Below are positions 25,058 through 36,809 of a stretch of 64,000 bases of DNA, piece after piece. The notes beneath the pieces are model-generated. The model made no database searches. It had not been told where the DNA came from and worked only from the letters and a program-made list of their open reading frames with translations. The DNA comes from Mobula hypostoma (lineage: Eukaryota). The DNA lies in assembly GCF_963921235.1 (NCBI RefSeq), contig NC_086097.1, forward strand, positions 30,072,001-30,136,000, written 5' to 3'. A program made the translations under genes and the position numbers. The stretch's first letter is position 1, and every line of letters starts with the position of its first letter.

Positions 25058-26095
25058 TCCTGCACGCATGCAGAACTCGTTGACTTTATTAACTTTGCCT
25101 CCAACTTTCACCCTGCCCTCAAGTTTACTTGGTCCATTTCCAACACCTCCCTCCCCTTTCTAGATCTTTCTGTCTCTGTCTCTGGAGACAGCTTATCCAC
25201 TGATGTCTACTATAAGCCTACTGACTCTCACAGCTATCTGGACTATTCCTCTTCTCACCCTGTCTCTTGTAAAAACGCCATCCCCTTCTCGCAATTCCTC
25301 CATCTCCGCCGCATCTGCTCTCAGGATGAGGCTTTTCATTCTAGGACGAGGGAGCTGTCTTCCTTTTTTAAAGAAAGGGGCTTCCCTTCCTCCACTATCA
25401 ACTCTGCTCTTAAACGTATCTCCCCCATTTCACGTACATCTGCTCTCACTCCATCCTCCCACCACCCCACTAGGAATAGGGTTCCCCTGGTCCTCACCTA
25501 CCACCCCACCAGCCTCCGGGTCCAACATATTATTCTCCGTAACTTCCGCCACCTCCAACGGGATCCCACCACTAAGCACATCTTTCCCTCCCCGCCCCCT
25601 GCATTCCGCAGGGATCGCTCCCTACACAACTCCCTTGTCCATTCGTCCCCCCCATCCCTCCCCACTGATCTCCCTCCTGGCACTTATCCATGTAAGCGGA
25701 ACAAGTGCTACACATGCCCTTACACTTCCTCCCTTACCACCATTCAGGGCCCCAAACAGTCCTTCCAGGTGAGGCATCACTTCACCTGTGAGTCGACTGG
25801 GGTGATATACTGCGTCCGGTGCTCCCGATGTGGCCTTTTATATATTGGTGAGACCCGACGCAGACTGGGAGACCGCTTTGCTGAACATCTACGCTCTGTC
25901 CGCCAGAGAAGGCAGGATCTCCCAGTGGCCACACATTTTAATTCCACATCCCATTCCCATTCTGACATGTCTGTCCACGGCCTCCTCTACTGTGGAGATG
26001 AAGCCACACTCAGGTTGGAGGAACAACACCTTATATTCCGTCTGGGTAGCCTCAAACCTGATGGCATGAACATCGACTTCTCTAACTTCCGCTAA
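25058..26095 (+). CDS. Partial PLE ORF (RT C-terminus plus GIY-YIG endonuclease); open frame but no start codon (5'-truncated)
   Basis: Manual translation reads without a stop: NFHPALKFTW, LPFLDL, VYYKPTDSHSYL, SSHP, CKRNKCYTC, GVIYCVRCSRCGLLYIGET...GMN. Confidence 0.8.
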   Translation, partial: SCTHAELVDFINFASNFHPALKFTWSISNTSLPFLDLSVSVSGDSLSTDVYYKPTDSHSYLDYSSSHPVSCKNAIPFSQFLHLRRICSQDEAFHSRTRELSSFFKERGFPSSTINSALKRISPISRTSALTPSSHHPTRNRVPLVLTYHPTSLRVQHIILRNFRHLQRDPTTKHIFPSPPPAFRRDRSLHNSLVHSSPPSLPTDLPPGTYPCKRNKCYTCPYTSSLTTIQGPKQSFQVRHHFTCESTGVIYCVRCSRCGLLYIGETRRRLGDRFAEHLRSVRQRRQDLPVATHFNSTSHSHSDMSVHGLLYCGDEATLRLEEQHLIFRLGSLKPDGMNIDFSNFR

Positions 26096-26390
26096 GGCCC
26101 CACCTCCCCCTCATACCCCATCTGTTACTCATTTTTATGCACACATTCTTTCTCTCACTCTCCTTTTTCTCCCTCTGTCCCTCTGAATATACCTCTTGCC
26201 CATCCTCTGGGTCACCCCCCCCCTTGTCTTTCTTCCCGGACCTCCTGTCCCATGATCCTCTCGTATCCCCTTTTGCCTATCACCTGTCCAGCTCTCGGCT
26301 CTATCCCTCCCCCTCCTGTCTTCTCCTATCATTTTGCATCTCCCCCTCCCCCTCCAACTTTCAAATTCCTTACTCACTCTTCCTTCAGTT

Positions 26391-26426
26391 AGTCCTGACG
26401 AAGGGTCTCGGCCTGAAACGTCGACT
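26391..26426 (+). ncRNA. Minimal type I hammerhead ribozyme, intact core
   Basis: AGTC CTGACGA AGG GTCTCGG CCT GAAA CG TC/GACT; helix I AGTC:GACT; palindromic ACGT helix III; predicted cut after 26422. Confidence 0.85.
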
Positions 26427-28435
26427 GCACCTCTTCCTATAGATGCTGCTTGGCCTGCTGCGTTCACCAGCAACTTTGATGTATGTTGCTTGTCATTTTA
26501 AGATGTTTAACAAATCTATCAATATTCAGAATTGAAATTTCCCAGACTGCATATTCAGGCCGCAAAGGCAGTTCCTCTTTAAGAAAACGGAAATGGGGAT
26601 GTTGCGCAGGTTTACAAGTATGATTGAAATGCCAAGGCTTTAGACCCCCACTCCTGACTATCCTGCCGGCAAATGTACAGACTCTGGAAAATAAAAATGG
26701 AGAATTCAGAATAAGATTGCTGTACTAGAGGGACATCATAGACTGCTGTGTACTTTGCTTCACTGAAACATGGCTATCCCCTACCATTTTGGACATAATG
26801 CTGCAGCTCATTGGCTTCACCATTCTGCACAAAGCCAGAACAGCTCAGTCTTTTAAAGGCAGAGGAGGTGGAGAATGCTTTATGATTAACTCATCATGGT
26901 GCATAAACATGGCAGCTCTGTGTCAATCCTGCTAATCCAACCTGGAACATCTAGTGGCTGGATGTCATCCTTTTTATCTGCTGAAGAAGTTTTCTGCCAT
27001 CCTGGTAGCATTATACATTCTACCAAAGGCCAACACGAGGCAGGCAGTAGAAGAGATGATCTCTGCAATCAGCAGGCACAAAACAGCGCATGCTGATGCC
27101 TTCCTCATCATTGCGGGAGATTTCAACAACGCCAGGTTGAAGAAGTCTCTGAACAACTGCCAACATAACACCTGTGGAATCAGAGAAGCCAACACACTTG
27201 ACCACTGTTATACCACCATCAAAAACACTTTCTTTGCCATCCCACACCTACACTTCAGAAAGTCCGTTCACCTGTCTCTACTTATACTCCCAGCATTGAG
27301 GCAGAGACTAAAGACTGCAGCACCAGTGCTGAGGACCAGGTAGGTATGGTCAAGGGAGGCAGAGGAGCGCCTACAGGACTGTTTTGAGTCGGTGAATCGG
27401 ACAATATTCAGGGATTCATCTTCAAATCTAAACAAATACGCCACATTTGTCACCAACTTCATCAATACCTACGTGGATGAGTGTGTGCCTTCGAGAACAT
27501 ACTGGATATACCCAAACAAAAGCCATGGATGAACCAGGAGATTCATAGTCTGGTAAGGGCTAGATCTGTGGCATTCAAGACTAGTGATCCAGAGAAAATC
27601 AAGATGTTCAGATACAACCTAGAGAAGGCTATTTTAAGAGCAAAACAAAACAATTGCAATTGCAATTAGAGACAGAATCGAATGCACATAGGCTCTAGCA
27701 GGGTTTGCAGGTCATTACTTTCCACAAAGAGAAGCTTAACATCATGAATGGCTGTGATACTTCACTCAACACAATTATGCACACTTTGAAAGGGAGAATA
27801 AAACTAATTTGTGCGAATCCCTGGTGACTCCGTGATCTCTGTCTTGGAAACTGACACCAAACATCTTTCGAGAGGGGGAACCTCCCTGCAAGGCATCAGG
27901 CCTGATGGTGTACCTGGTAGGGCTCTGAAAACCTCTGCCGACCAATTGGCAGGAGGTTTGGGACTCCTTCAATCTCTCACTGCTGTCATCAAGAGGTTCC
28001 CACCTTCTTCAAAAGGGTGACAATTGTTCCAGTGCCCAAGAAGAACAGGATGAATTGCCTCAACGACTGTCGCCTGGTGGCACTCACATCGACAGTGATG
28101 ACGTGCTTTAAGGTGGTAGTCATGGCTAGAATAAACTCCTGCCTAAGCAGGGACCTGGACCCGCTGCAATTTACCACAATAGGTCTACAGCAGATTCAGT
28201 CTCACTGGCTCTCCACTTAGTCTTGGATCATCTAGACAATGGTAGCACCTACGTTAGGCTGCTGTTTATTTTCATTAATTACAGCTCAGCATTCAACGCA
28301 ATCATACCCTCAGTTCTAATCAACAAACTTCAAAATCTGGGCCTCTGTACGTCCCTCTGCACTGGAACCTTGATTTCCTCACCGGGAGATGAGCATCTGC
28401 GTGGTTTGAGAATAACATCGCCTCCTCATTGACAT

Positions 28436-28647
28436 GTCTGTGCCAGTGGTGTAATGGCATCTGCATCTGGACTTCAGAGCGAGAGATCCTGAGTTCAAAT
28501 CCAGCTAGCTCCTTGCATGAGCTCCATCCGTGCCGGGTTGAGTGTCAAGCTAGCAGCCTCATAAAACGGCAGATGCTAAAGAAACAGCAAGGTTGCTGCC
28601 CAATGTGCTGATTGAGGCATGGAGAGGAACTTTACTTTTTATCTTTA
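28436..28647 (+). mobile_element. tRNA-derived SINE
   Basis: Pol III box A (TGGTGTAATGG, ~28447) and box B (GAGTTCAAATCC, 28491-28502); TSD cctca(t/c)tgacat at 28424-28435 and 28648-28659. Confidence 0.8.
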
Positions 28648-29376
28648 CCTCACTGACATTGGCGCACCTCAATGCTGCTCTACTCTTTCTACACTCATAT
28701 CAGTGTGGCTACACACAGCTCAAGTGCCATCTATAAATTTGCCAATAACACAACTATTATTTGCAGAATTTCAGATGGTGACTAGGAGGCATACAGAAGC
28801 AAGAAAGATCAGCTGGTTGAGTAATGTCACAACAACCTTGCACTCAATATCAGTAAGACCAAGGAACTGATTGTGGACTTCAGGAAGGGGAATCAAAGGA
28901 ACAGACACCAGTGTTCATCGAAGGATCAGCAGTGGAAAGGGAGAGCAGTTTCAAATTCCTGGAAGATTTATCCTGGGCCCAGCATATTGATGGAATTACA
29001 AAGAAGGCATGTCAAAAGCTCTACTTCATGAGGAGTATGAGGAGACATAGTATTCACCAAACACTCTCATAAATGTTCACAGATGTATCATTCTAACTGG
29101 TTGAATCGCTGTCTGGTGTGGAAGAATCCACTGCACAGGATTGGAAAAAGCTGCAGAAAGTTGTACATTCAGCCATATCTGTCATGGGCACTATCCTCCC
29201 CAGCATCTAAGACATTTTCAAAAGGTGATGCCTCAAAAAAGGAAGCATCAAAGAGGTACAGGAGCCTGAAGACACACATCAGATTTCTGAATGGACAGTG
29301 GACTCATGAACACTCCCTCACTATTTTTCCTCTTTTTTTTTGCACTACTTATTTATTTTATCATATATACGTGTGT

Positions 29377-29640
29377 AAAAGGAAAGGTACGTCGCATCCG
29401 GAGTTTCTCTGGTTAGCGGACGATTTCCCTCCACGCCTCTCTGACGTAGTGGGGAACCGCATACGAGGCAAGTTACAGCAGTGGTTTGCCATTGTCTTCA
29501 GCCGGGTGAGTTTCCAAAGAGATCACCACCTCATAACCCAGCATGGATGGAAAGCGTGCAAGGGAGCCGGCTGGATTCGAACTCGGGACCTTTCGTCCCG
29601 AAGTCCGATGCTGATGCCACTACACCAGCAGCCAGGTCTG
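29377..29640 (-). mobile_element. tRNA-derived SINE with an RTE/Bov-A-like segment
   Basis: Minus strand: box A TGGTGTAGTGG, box B GAGTTCGAATCC, then GAAGACAATGGCAAACCACT; TSD tata(c/t)gtgtgt at 29366-29376 and 29641-29651. Confidence 0.8.
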
Positions 29641-29967
29641 TATATGTGTGTTCTTATTGTAATTTATAAGTAATCTTGTAATTTGTTGCAGAACAACAAA
29701 TTTCATCATATATGCCAGAATTGCAATGTACTGCTGTTGCAAAGCAATCAATTTCACAACATATACCAGTGTTATTAAACCCAAATTTGATGGGGAGAAT
29801 GTACAACTGCCTTACAGTTAGTGGCAGGAATTGAATGCTGATAATGATCATTGGTGCTGTAAAGCATTATGCTAACCACTATGCTACCATATCATCCTAT
29901 CTATGCCACTCATGATGTTATTTACCTCTATAAGATCACCTCTCAGCTCCTAAACGCCAGTGAATCA

Positions 29968-30840
29968 AGGTTTGCTGATGAAACAAAATGGTTGGGGGTG
30001 TTGTAGATAATGTGGAGGGCTGTCAGAGGTTACAGCAGGACATTGATAGGATGTAAAACTGGGCTGAGAATTGGCAGATGGAGTTCAACCCAAATAAGTG
30101 TGAGGTGGTTCATTTTGGTAGGTCAAATATGATAGCAGAATATAGTATTAATGGTAAGACTCTTGACAGCGTGGAGGATCAGAGGGATCTTGGGGTCCGA
30201 ATCCATAGGACACTTAAAGCAGCTGCGCAGGTTGACTCTGTGGTTAGGAAGGCATACGGTACATTGGCTTTCATCAATCGTGAGACTGAGTTTAAGAGCC
30301 AAGAGGTAATGTTGTAGCTATATAGGACTCTAGTCAGACCCCACTTGGAGTACTGTGCTCAGTTCTGGTCACCTCACTACAGGAAGGATATGGAAACCAT
30401 AGAAAGGATGCAGAGGAGATTTACAAGGATGTTGCCTGGATTGGGGAGCATGTCTTATGAGAACAGGTTGAGTGAACTCAGCCTTTTTTCCTTGGAGCGA
30501 CAGAGGATGAGGGGTGACTTGATAGGGGTGTATAAGATGATGAGAGGTATTGATCAGGTGGATAATCGGAGGCTTTTTCCCAGGGCTGAAATGGCTGGAA
30601 CGAGAGGGCACAGTTTTAAGGTGCTTGGAAGTAGGTACAGAGAAGATGTCAGGGGTAAGTTTTTTTAACCAAGAGAGCGGTGAGTGCGTGGAATGGGCTA
30701 CCGGCGACTGTGGTGGAGGCAGATACAGTAGGGTCTTTTAAGAGATTCCTGGACAGGTACATGGAGCTCAGAAAAATGGAGGGCTATCAGCTTTTTGGGC
30801 CGAAGGTCCTGTATTGTGCTGTAGGTTTTCTATGTTCTAA
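29968..30840 (+). mobile_element. CR1 3' fragment (same family as 4416-8980)
   Basis: MEFNPNKCEVVHFG, EYCAQFWSPHY; ttctatgttcta tail. Confidence 0.88.
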
Positions 30841-31087
30841 CTTTCTCTGCATAGGATGGTTGCTGTTATTCCTGGCAGTGACACAGTATCTGTATTGTTT
30901 TAAAGGGTTTCCTCTGCTTATAATGGAAAAGGATACTGACAATCTGTGAGAATGGGAAGATACAGCAGATGAAAAGTGAATAGGTGGGTTCAGTAGGTGG
31001 AACATGTGAAGCATAACATTTTGGTAGGAAGAGCAAGGAAAGATGTTGTAAACTAAAAAGAGTACATGAACCAGGAAATGGTGAGGC

Positions 31088-32673
31088 TGGAAAGGCTCTG
31101 AAAACCTGTGTCAACCAACTAGCGGGAGTATTAAAGGACATTTTCAACCTCTCACTGCTACGGGCGGAAGTTCCCACTTGCTTCAAAAAGGCAACAATTA
31201 TACCAGAGCCTAAGAAGAATAATGTGGGCTGCCTTAATGACTATCATCCGGTAGCACTCACATCGACAGTGATGAAATGCTTTGAGAGGTTGGTCATGAC
31301 TAGACTGAACTCCTGCTTCAGCAAGGACCTGGACCTATTGCAATTTGCCTAATGCTACAACAGGTCAACGGCAGACGCCATCTCAATGGCTCTCCACATG
31401 GCTTTAGACCACCTGGACAACACAAACACCTACATCAGGATGCTGTTCATCGACTATAGCTCAGCATTTAATACCGTCATTCCCACAATGATGATTGAGA
31501 AGTTGCAGAACCTGGGCCTCTGTATCTCCCTCTGCAATTTGATCCTTGACTTCCTAACCGGAAGACCATAATTTGTGCAGGTTGGTGATAACATATCCTC
31601 CTCGCTGACGATCAACACTGGCACACCTCAGGGGTGTGTGCTTAGCCCACTGCTCTACTCTCTATAAACACATGACTATATGGCTAGGCATAGCTCAAAT
31701 ACCACCTATAAATTTTGCTGACAATACAACCATTATTGGTAGAATCTCAGGTAGCGACGAGAAGGTGTGCAGGAGTGAGATATGCCAACTAGTGGAATGG
31801 CGCCACAGCAACAACCTGGCACTCAACATCAGTAAGATGAAAGAACTGATTGTGAACTTCAGGAAGGGTAAGATGAAGGAACACATACCAATCATCACAG
31901 AGGGATCAGAAGTAGAGAGAGTGAGCAGCTTCAAATTCCTGGGTGTCAAGATCTCTGAGGATCTAACCTGGTCCCAACATATCCATTTAGTTGAAAAGAA
32001 GGCAAGACAGTGGCTATACTTTATTAAGAGTTTGAAGAGATTTGGCATGTCAACAAATATACTCAAAAATTTCTATAGTTGCACCATGGAGACCATTTTG
32101 ACAGGCTGCATCACTGTCTGGTATGAAGGGGCTACTGCACAGGACCCGAAAGAAGCTGCAGAAGGTTGTAAATCTGGTCAGCTCCATCTTGGGTACTAGC
32201 CTACAGAGTACCCAGGACATCTTCAGGGACTGGTGTTTCAGAAAGGCAGCGTCCATTATTAAGGACCTCCAGCACCGGCCCCCCAGGCCTGAGTCGACGT
32301 AGTAGTAGCAGTAGCAGCACCCAGGGCATGCCCTTTTCTCACTGTTACCATCAGGTAGGAGGTACAGAAGCCTGAAGGCGCACACTCAGTGAGCCAGGAA
32401 CAGCTTCTTCCCCTTTGCCATCCAATTCCTAAATGGATAATGAATCTTTGGACACTACCTCACTTTTCTTTAATATACAGTATTTCTGTTTTTGCATGTT
32501 TTTTAAAAAATCTATTCAATATATGTAATTGATTTACTTGTTTATTTATTAATATATTTTTTCTCTCACTGCTAGATTATGTATTGCATTGAACTGTTGC
32601 TTTCTAAGTTAACAAATTTCACATCACATGCCGGTGATAATAAACCTGATTCTGATTCTGATTCTGATTCTGA
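31088..32673 (+). mobile_element. Rex1/Babar-like LINE RT half with (GATTCT)n tail
   Basis: [28 protein letters not shown]; aataaacct(gattct)4 at 32638-32673. Confidence 0.85.
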
Positions 32674-33282
32674 TGAGGCGGTGTACAGGAATGAGATAGA
32701 TCAGCTAGTTGAGAGGCGTTACAACAATCTGGCATTCAATGTCAGTAAGGCCAAGAAAATGATTGTGGTCTTCAGGAAGGAGAAATCGAAAGAAAACATA
32801 GCAATCTTTTCAAGGGATCAGCAGTGGAAAGAGTGGGCAGCTGCAAGTTCCTGGGTACCGACATCTTTGTAGATCTATCCTGGATTCAGCATATTGATAC
32901 AATTTTGAAGAAGAAATGGCAGCGACTATATTTCCTAAGGAGTTTGACGAGGTTTTGGTATAACACTAAAGATTATCAAATTTCTATAAATGTACGGTGG
33001 AGAATATTCTGGCTGGTCACATTACCGTATGGTATGAAGGCACCAGTGCATAGAATCAGAAAAAAACTGCAGAGTTTTACAAAATCAGCCAGCTCCATCA
33101 GGGCACTTGCCTTCCCACACTGAGGACATCTTCAAAAGGTGATGCCTCAAGAGGGCAGCATACGTCATGAAGGATTTTCACCATTCAGAACAGGACGAGT
33201 CATTGAAAATGGAACTGAAAATCATGCAATTGTCAGAAAACATTTCCACTTCTGTCCTTATAGAAGGAAGGTCAGAGCAACA

Positions 33283-33467
33283 AACAATCTGCTGGAGGAA
33301 CTCAGCAGGTTGAGCAGCATCTGTGGGAGGAAAGGAATTGTTGACTACTTGGTTAAAAACACTGTGTCAAAACTGAGGCTGGGTTTCGACTCAAAACATA
33401 GTCAATTTCTCTCCCTCCCCTCACAACAGATGCAGCTTGACCCACTGAATTCCTCCAGCAGATTGTT
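33283..33467. mobile_element. Older fold-back PLE-terminus mini-element (23408-type family)
   Basis: Arms aacaatctgctggaggaactcag (33283-33305) and ctgaattcctccagcagattgtt (33445-33467). Confidence 0.75.
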
Positions 33468-33470
33468 ATT

Positions 33471-36400
33471 CCGCGACAGTGAGAGTAGGAATGCAATGAG
33501 GTGGAGGATAAATGCGTGGCTGAGGGATTGGAGCAGGGGGCAGGGATTCAAGTTTTTGGATCATTGGGGCCTCTTTTGGTGCAGGTGTGACCTGTACAAA
33601 AAGGACAGGTTACACTTGAATCCTAGGGGGACCAATATCCTGGCGGGGAGATTTGCAAGGGCTACTGAGGTGACTTTAAACTAGAATGGTTGGGGGGTGG
33701 GAATCAAATTAAAGAGACTAGGAGAGAGGAGGTTAGTTCACAACAGGGGGATGGGAACAAGTGCAGAGAGACAGAGGGGTGTAAAATGAGGGTAGAAGCA
33801 AAAAATAGTAAGGTGAAAAGTAAAAGTGGCAGGCCAGAAAATCCAGGGCAAAAATCAAAAAGGTCCACTTTTCAACATAATTGTATAAGGGCTAAGAGTG
33901 TTGTAAAAGCAAGCCCGAAGGCTTTGTGTGTCAATGCAAGGAGCATTCGTAACAAGGTGGATGAATTAAAAGTGCAGATTGTTATTAATGAATATGATAT
34001 ATTTAGGATCACAGAGACATGGCTCCAGGGTGACCAAGGATGGGAGCTCAATATTCAGGGATATTCAATATTCAGGAGGGATAGACATGAAAGAAAAGGA
34101 GGTGGGGTAGCATTGCTGGTTAGAGAGGAGATTAACGCAATAGAAAGGAAGGATATTAGCCGGGAGGGTGTGGAATCGATATGGGTAGAGCTGCATAACA
34201 CTAAGGGGCAGAAAACGTGGGTGGGAATTGTGTACAGGCCACCTAACAGTAGTAGTGAGGTTGGGGATGGCATTAAACAGGAAATTAGAAATGCATGCAA
34301 TAAAGGAACAGCAGTTATAATGGGTGACTTCAATCTACATATAGATTGGGTGAAGCAAGTTGGTAAGGGTGCTGAGGAAGAGGATTTCTTGGAATGAATG
34401 CGGGATGGTTTTTTGAACCAACATATCGAGGAACCAACTAGACAGCAGGCCATTCTAGACTGGGTATTGAGCAATGAGGAAGGGTTAGTTAGCAATCTTG
34501 TCATGAAAGGCCCCTTGGGTAAGAGTGACCATAATATGGTGGAATTCTTCATTAAGATGGAGAGTGACATAGTTAATTCGGAAACAAAGGTTCTGAACTT
34601 AAAGAAGGGTAACTTTGAAGATATGAGACGTGAAATAGCTAAGATAGACTGGCAAATGATACTTAAAGGGTTGACAGTGGATATGCAATGGCAAGCATTT
34701 AAAGATCGCATGGATGAACTACAACAATTGTTCATCCCAGTTTGGCAAAAGGATAAATCAAGGAAGGTAGTGCACCCGTGGCTGACAAGGGAAATTAGGG
34801 ACAGTATCAATTCCAAAGAAGAAACATACAAATTAGCCAGAAAAATCAGCTCACCTGAGGACTGGGAGAAATTCAGAGTCCAGCAGAGGAGGACAAAGGG
34901 CTTAATTAGGAAAGGGAAAAAAGATTATGAGAGAAAACTGGCAGGGAACATAAAAACTGACTGTAAAAGCTTTTACAGATATATGAAAAGAAAAAGATTG
35001 GTTAAGACAAATGTTGACAGACAGAAATAGGTGAATTGATTATGGAGAACAAGGACATGGCAGACCAATTGAATAACTACTTTGGTTCTGTCTTCACTAA
35101 GGAGGACATAAATAATCTTCCAGAAATAGTAGGGGACAGAGGGTCTAGTGAGATGGAGGAACTGAGGGAAATAAATGTTAGTAGGGAAGTGGTGTTAGGT
35201 AAATTGAGGGGATTAAAGGCAGATAAATCCCCAGGGCCAGATGGTCTGCATCCCAGAGTGCTTAAGGAAGTAGCCCAAGAAATAGTGGATGCATTAGTGA
35301 TAATTTTTCAAAACTCTTCAGATTCTGGACTAGTTCCTAAGGATTGGAGGGTGGCTAATGTAACCCTGCTTTTTTAAAAAAGGAGGGAGAGAGAAACCAG
35401 AGAATTATAGACCAGTTAGCCTAACATCGGTGGTGGGGAAAATGCTAGAGTCAGTTATCAAAGATGTGATAACAGCACATTTGGAAAGCAGTGAAATCAT
35501 CGGACAAAGTCAGCATGTATTTGTGAAAGGAAAATCATGTCTGACGAATCTCATAGAATTTTTTGAGGATGTAACTAGTAGAGTGGATAGAGGGGAGAAC
35601 CAGTGGATGTGGTATATTTGGATTTTCAAAAGGCTTTTGACAAGGTCCAACACAGGAGATTAGTGTGCAAACTTAAAGCACACGGTATTGGGGGTATGGT
35701 ATTGATGTGGATAGAGAATTGGTTGGCAGACAGGAAGCAAAGAGTGGGAATAAACGGGACCTTTTCAGAATGGCAGGCAGTGACTAGCAGGGTACCGCAA
35801 GGCTCAGTGCTGGGACCCCAGCTGTTTACAATATATATTAATGACTTAGATGAGGGAATTAAATGCAGCATCTCCAAGTTTGCGGATGACACAAAGCTGG
35901 GCGGCAGTGTTAGCTGTGAGGAGGATGCTAAGAGGATGCAGGGTGACTTGGATAGGTTAGGTGAGTGGGCAAATTCATGGCAGATGCAATTTAATGTGGA
36001 TAAATGTGAAGTTATCCACTTTGGTGGCAAAAAACAGGAAAACAGATTATTATCTGAATGGTGGCCAATTAGGAAAAGGGGAGGTGCAACGAGACCTGGG
36101 TGTCATTATACAGCAGTCATTGAAAGTGGGCACGCAGGTACAGCAGGCGGTGAAGAAGGCGAATGATATGCTGGCATTCATAGCAAGCGGATTCGAGTAC
36201 AGGAGCAGGGAGGTACTACTGCAGTTGTACAAGGCCTTGGTGAGACCATACCTGGAGTATTGTGTGCAGTTTTGGTTCCCTAATCTGAGAAGACATTCTT
36301 GCCATAGAGGGAATACAAAGAAGGTTCACCAGATTGATTCCTGGGATGGCAGGACTTTCATATGATGAAAGACTGGATCAACTAGGCTTATACTCGTTGG

Positions 36401-36806
36401 AATTTAGAAGATTAAGGGGGTATCTTATTGAAACGTATAAAATCCTAAAGGGATTGGACAGGCTAGATGCAGGAAGATTGTTCCCGATGTTGGGGAAGTC
36501 CAGAACGAGGGGTCACAGTTTGAGGATAAAGGGGAAGCCTTTTAGGACTGAGATGAGGAAAAACTTCTTCACACGGAGAGTGGTGAATCTGTGGAATTCT
36601 CTGCCACAGGAAACAGTTGAGGCCAGTTCATTGGCTATATTTAAGAGGGAGTTAGATATGGCCCTTGAGGCTAAAGGGATCAGGGGAATGCAGAGAAGGC
36701 AGGTACGGGGTTCTGAGTTGGATGATCAGCCATGATCATACTGAACGGCGGTGCAGGCTCGAAGGACCGAATGGCCTACTCCTGCGCCTATTTTCTATGT
36801 TTCTAT
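33471..36806 (+). mobile_element. CR1 LINE, 5'-truncated within ORF1; ORF2 disrupted
   Basis: [53 protein letters not shown]; ttctatgtttctat tail. Confidence 0.93.
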
Positions 36807-36809
36807 ACT

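Larger units (their letters stand above)
25058..26492 (+). mobile_element. Young 5'-truncated Penelope-like element
   Basis: RT thumb, linker and GIY-YIG; pyrimidine-rich 3' UTR; hammerhead; exact 12-bp TSD tcattttaagat at 25046-25057 and 26493-26504. Confidence 0.95.
26560..29785 (+). mobile_element. Decayed long Rex1/Babar-like LINE (APE and RT) hosting two SINEs
   Basis: CFTETWL, AGDFNNA, TLDHCYTT, KPWMNQE, PVPKK...CLND.RLVALTS, YSSAFN. Confidence 0.8.

Noticed and set aside
29560..29636. tRNA gene
   Set aside because: Has A and B boxes but no acceptor stem, and lies inside a TSD-flanked SINE
29083..29673. 196-aa ORF
   Set aside because: Spans an out-of-frame LINE remnant and an antisense SINE; no coherent protein
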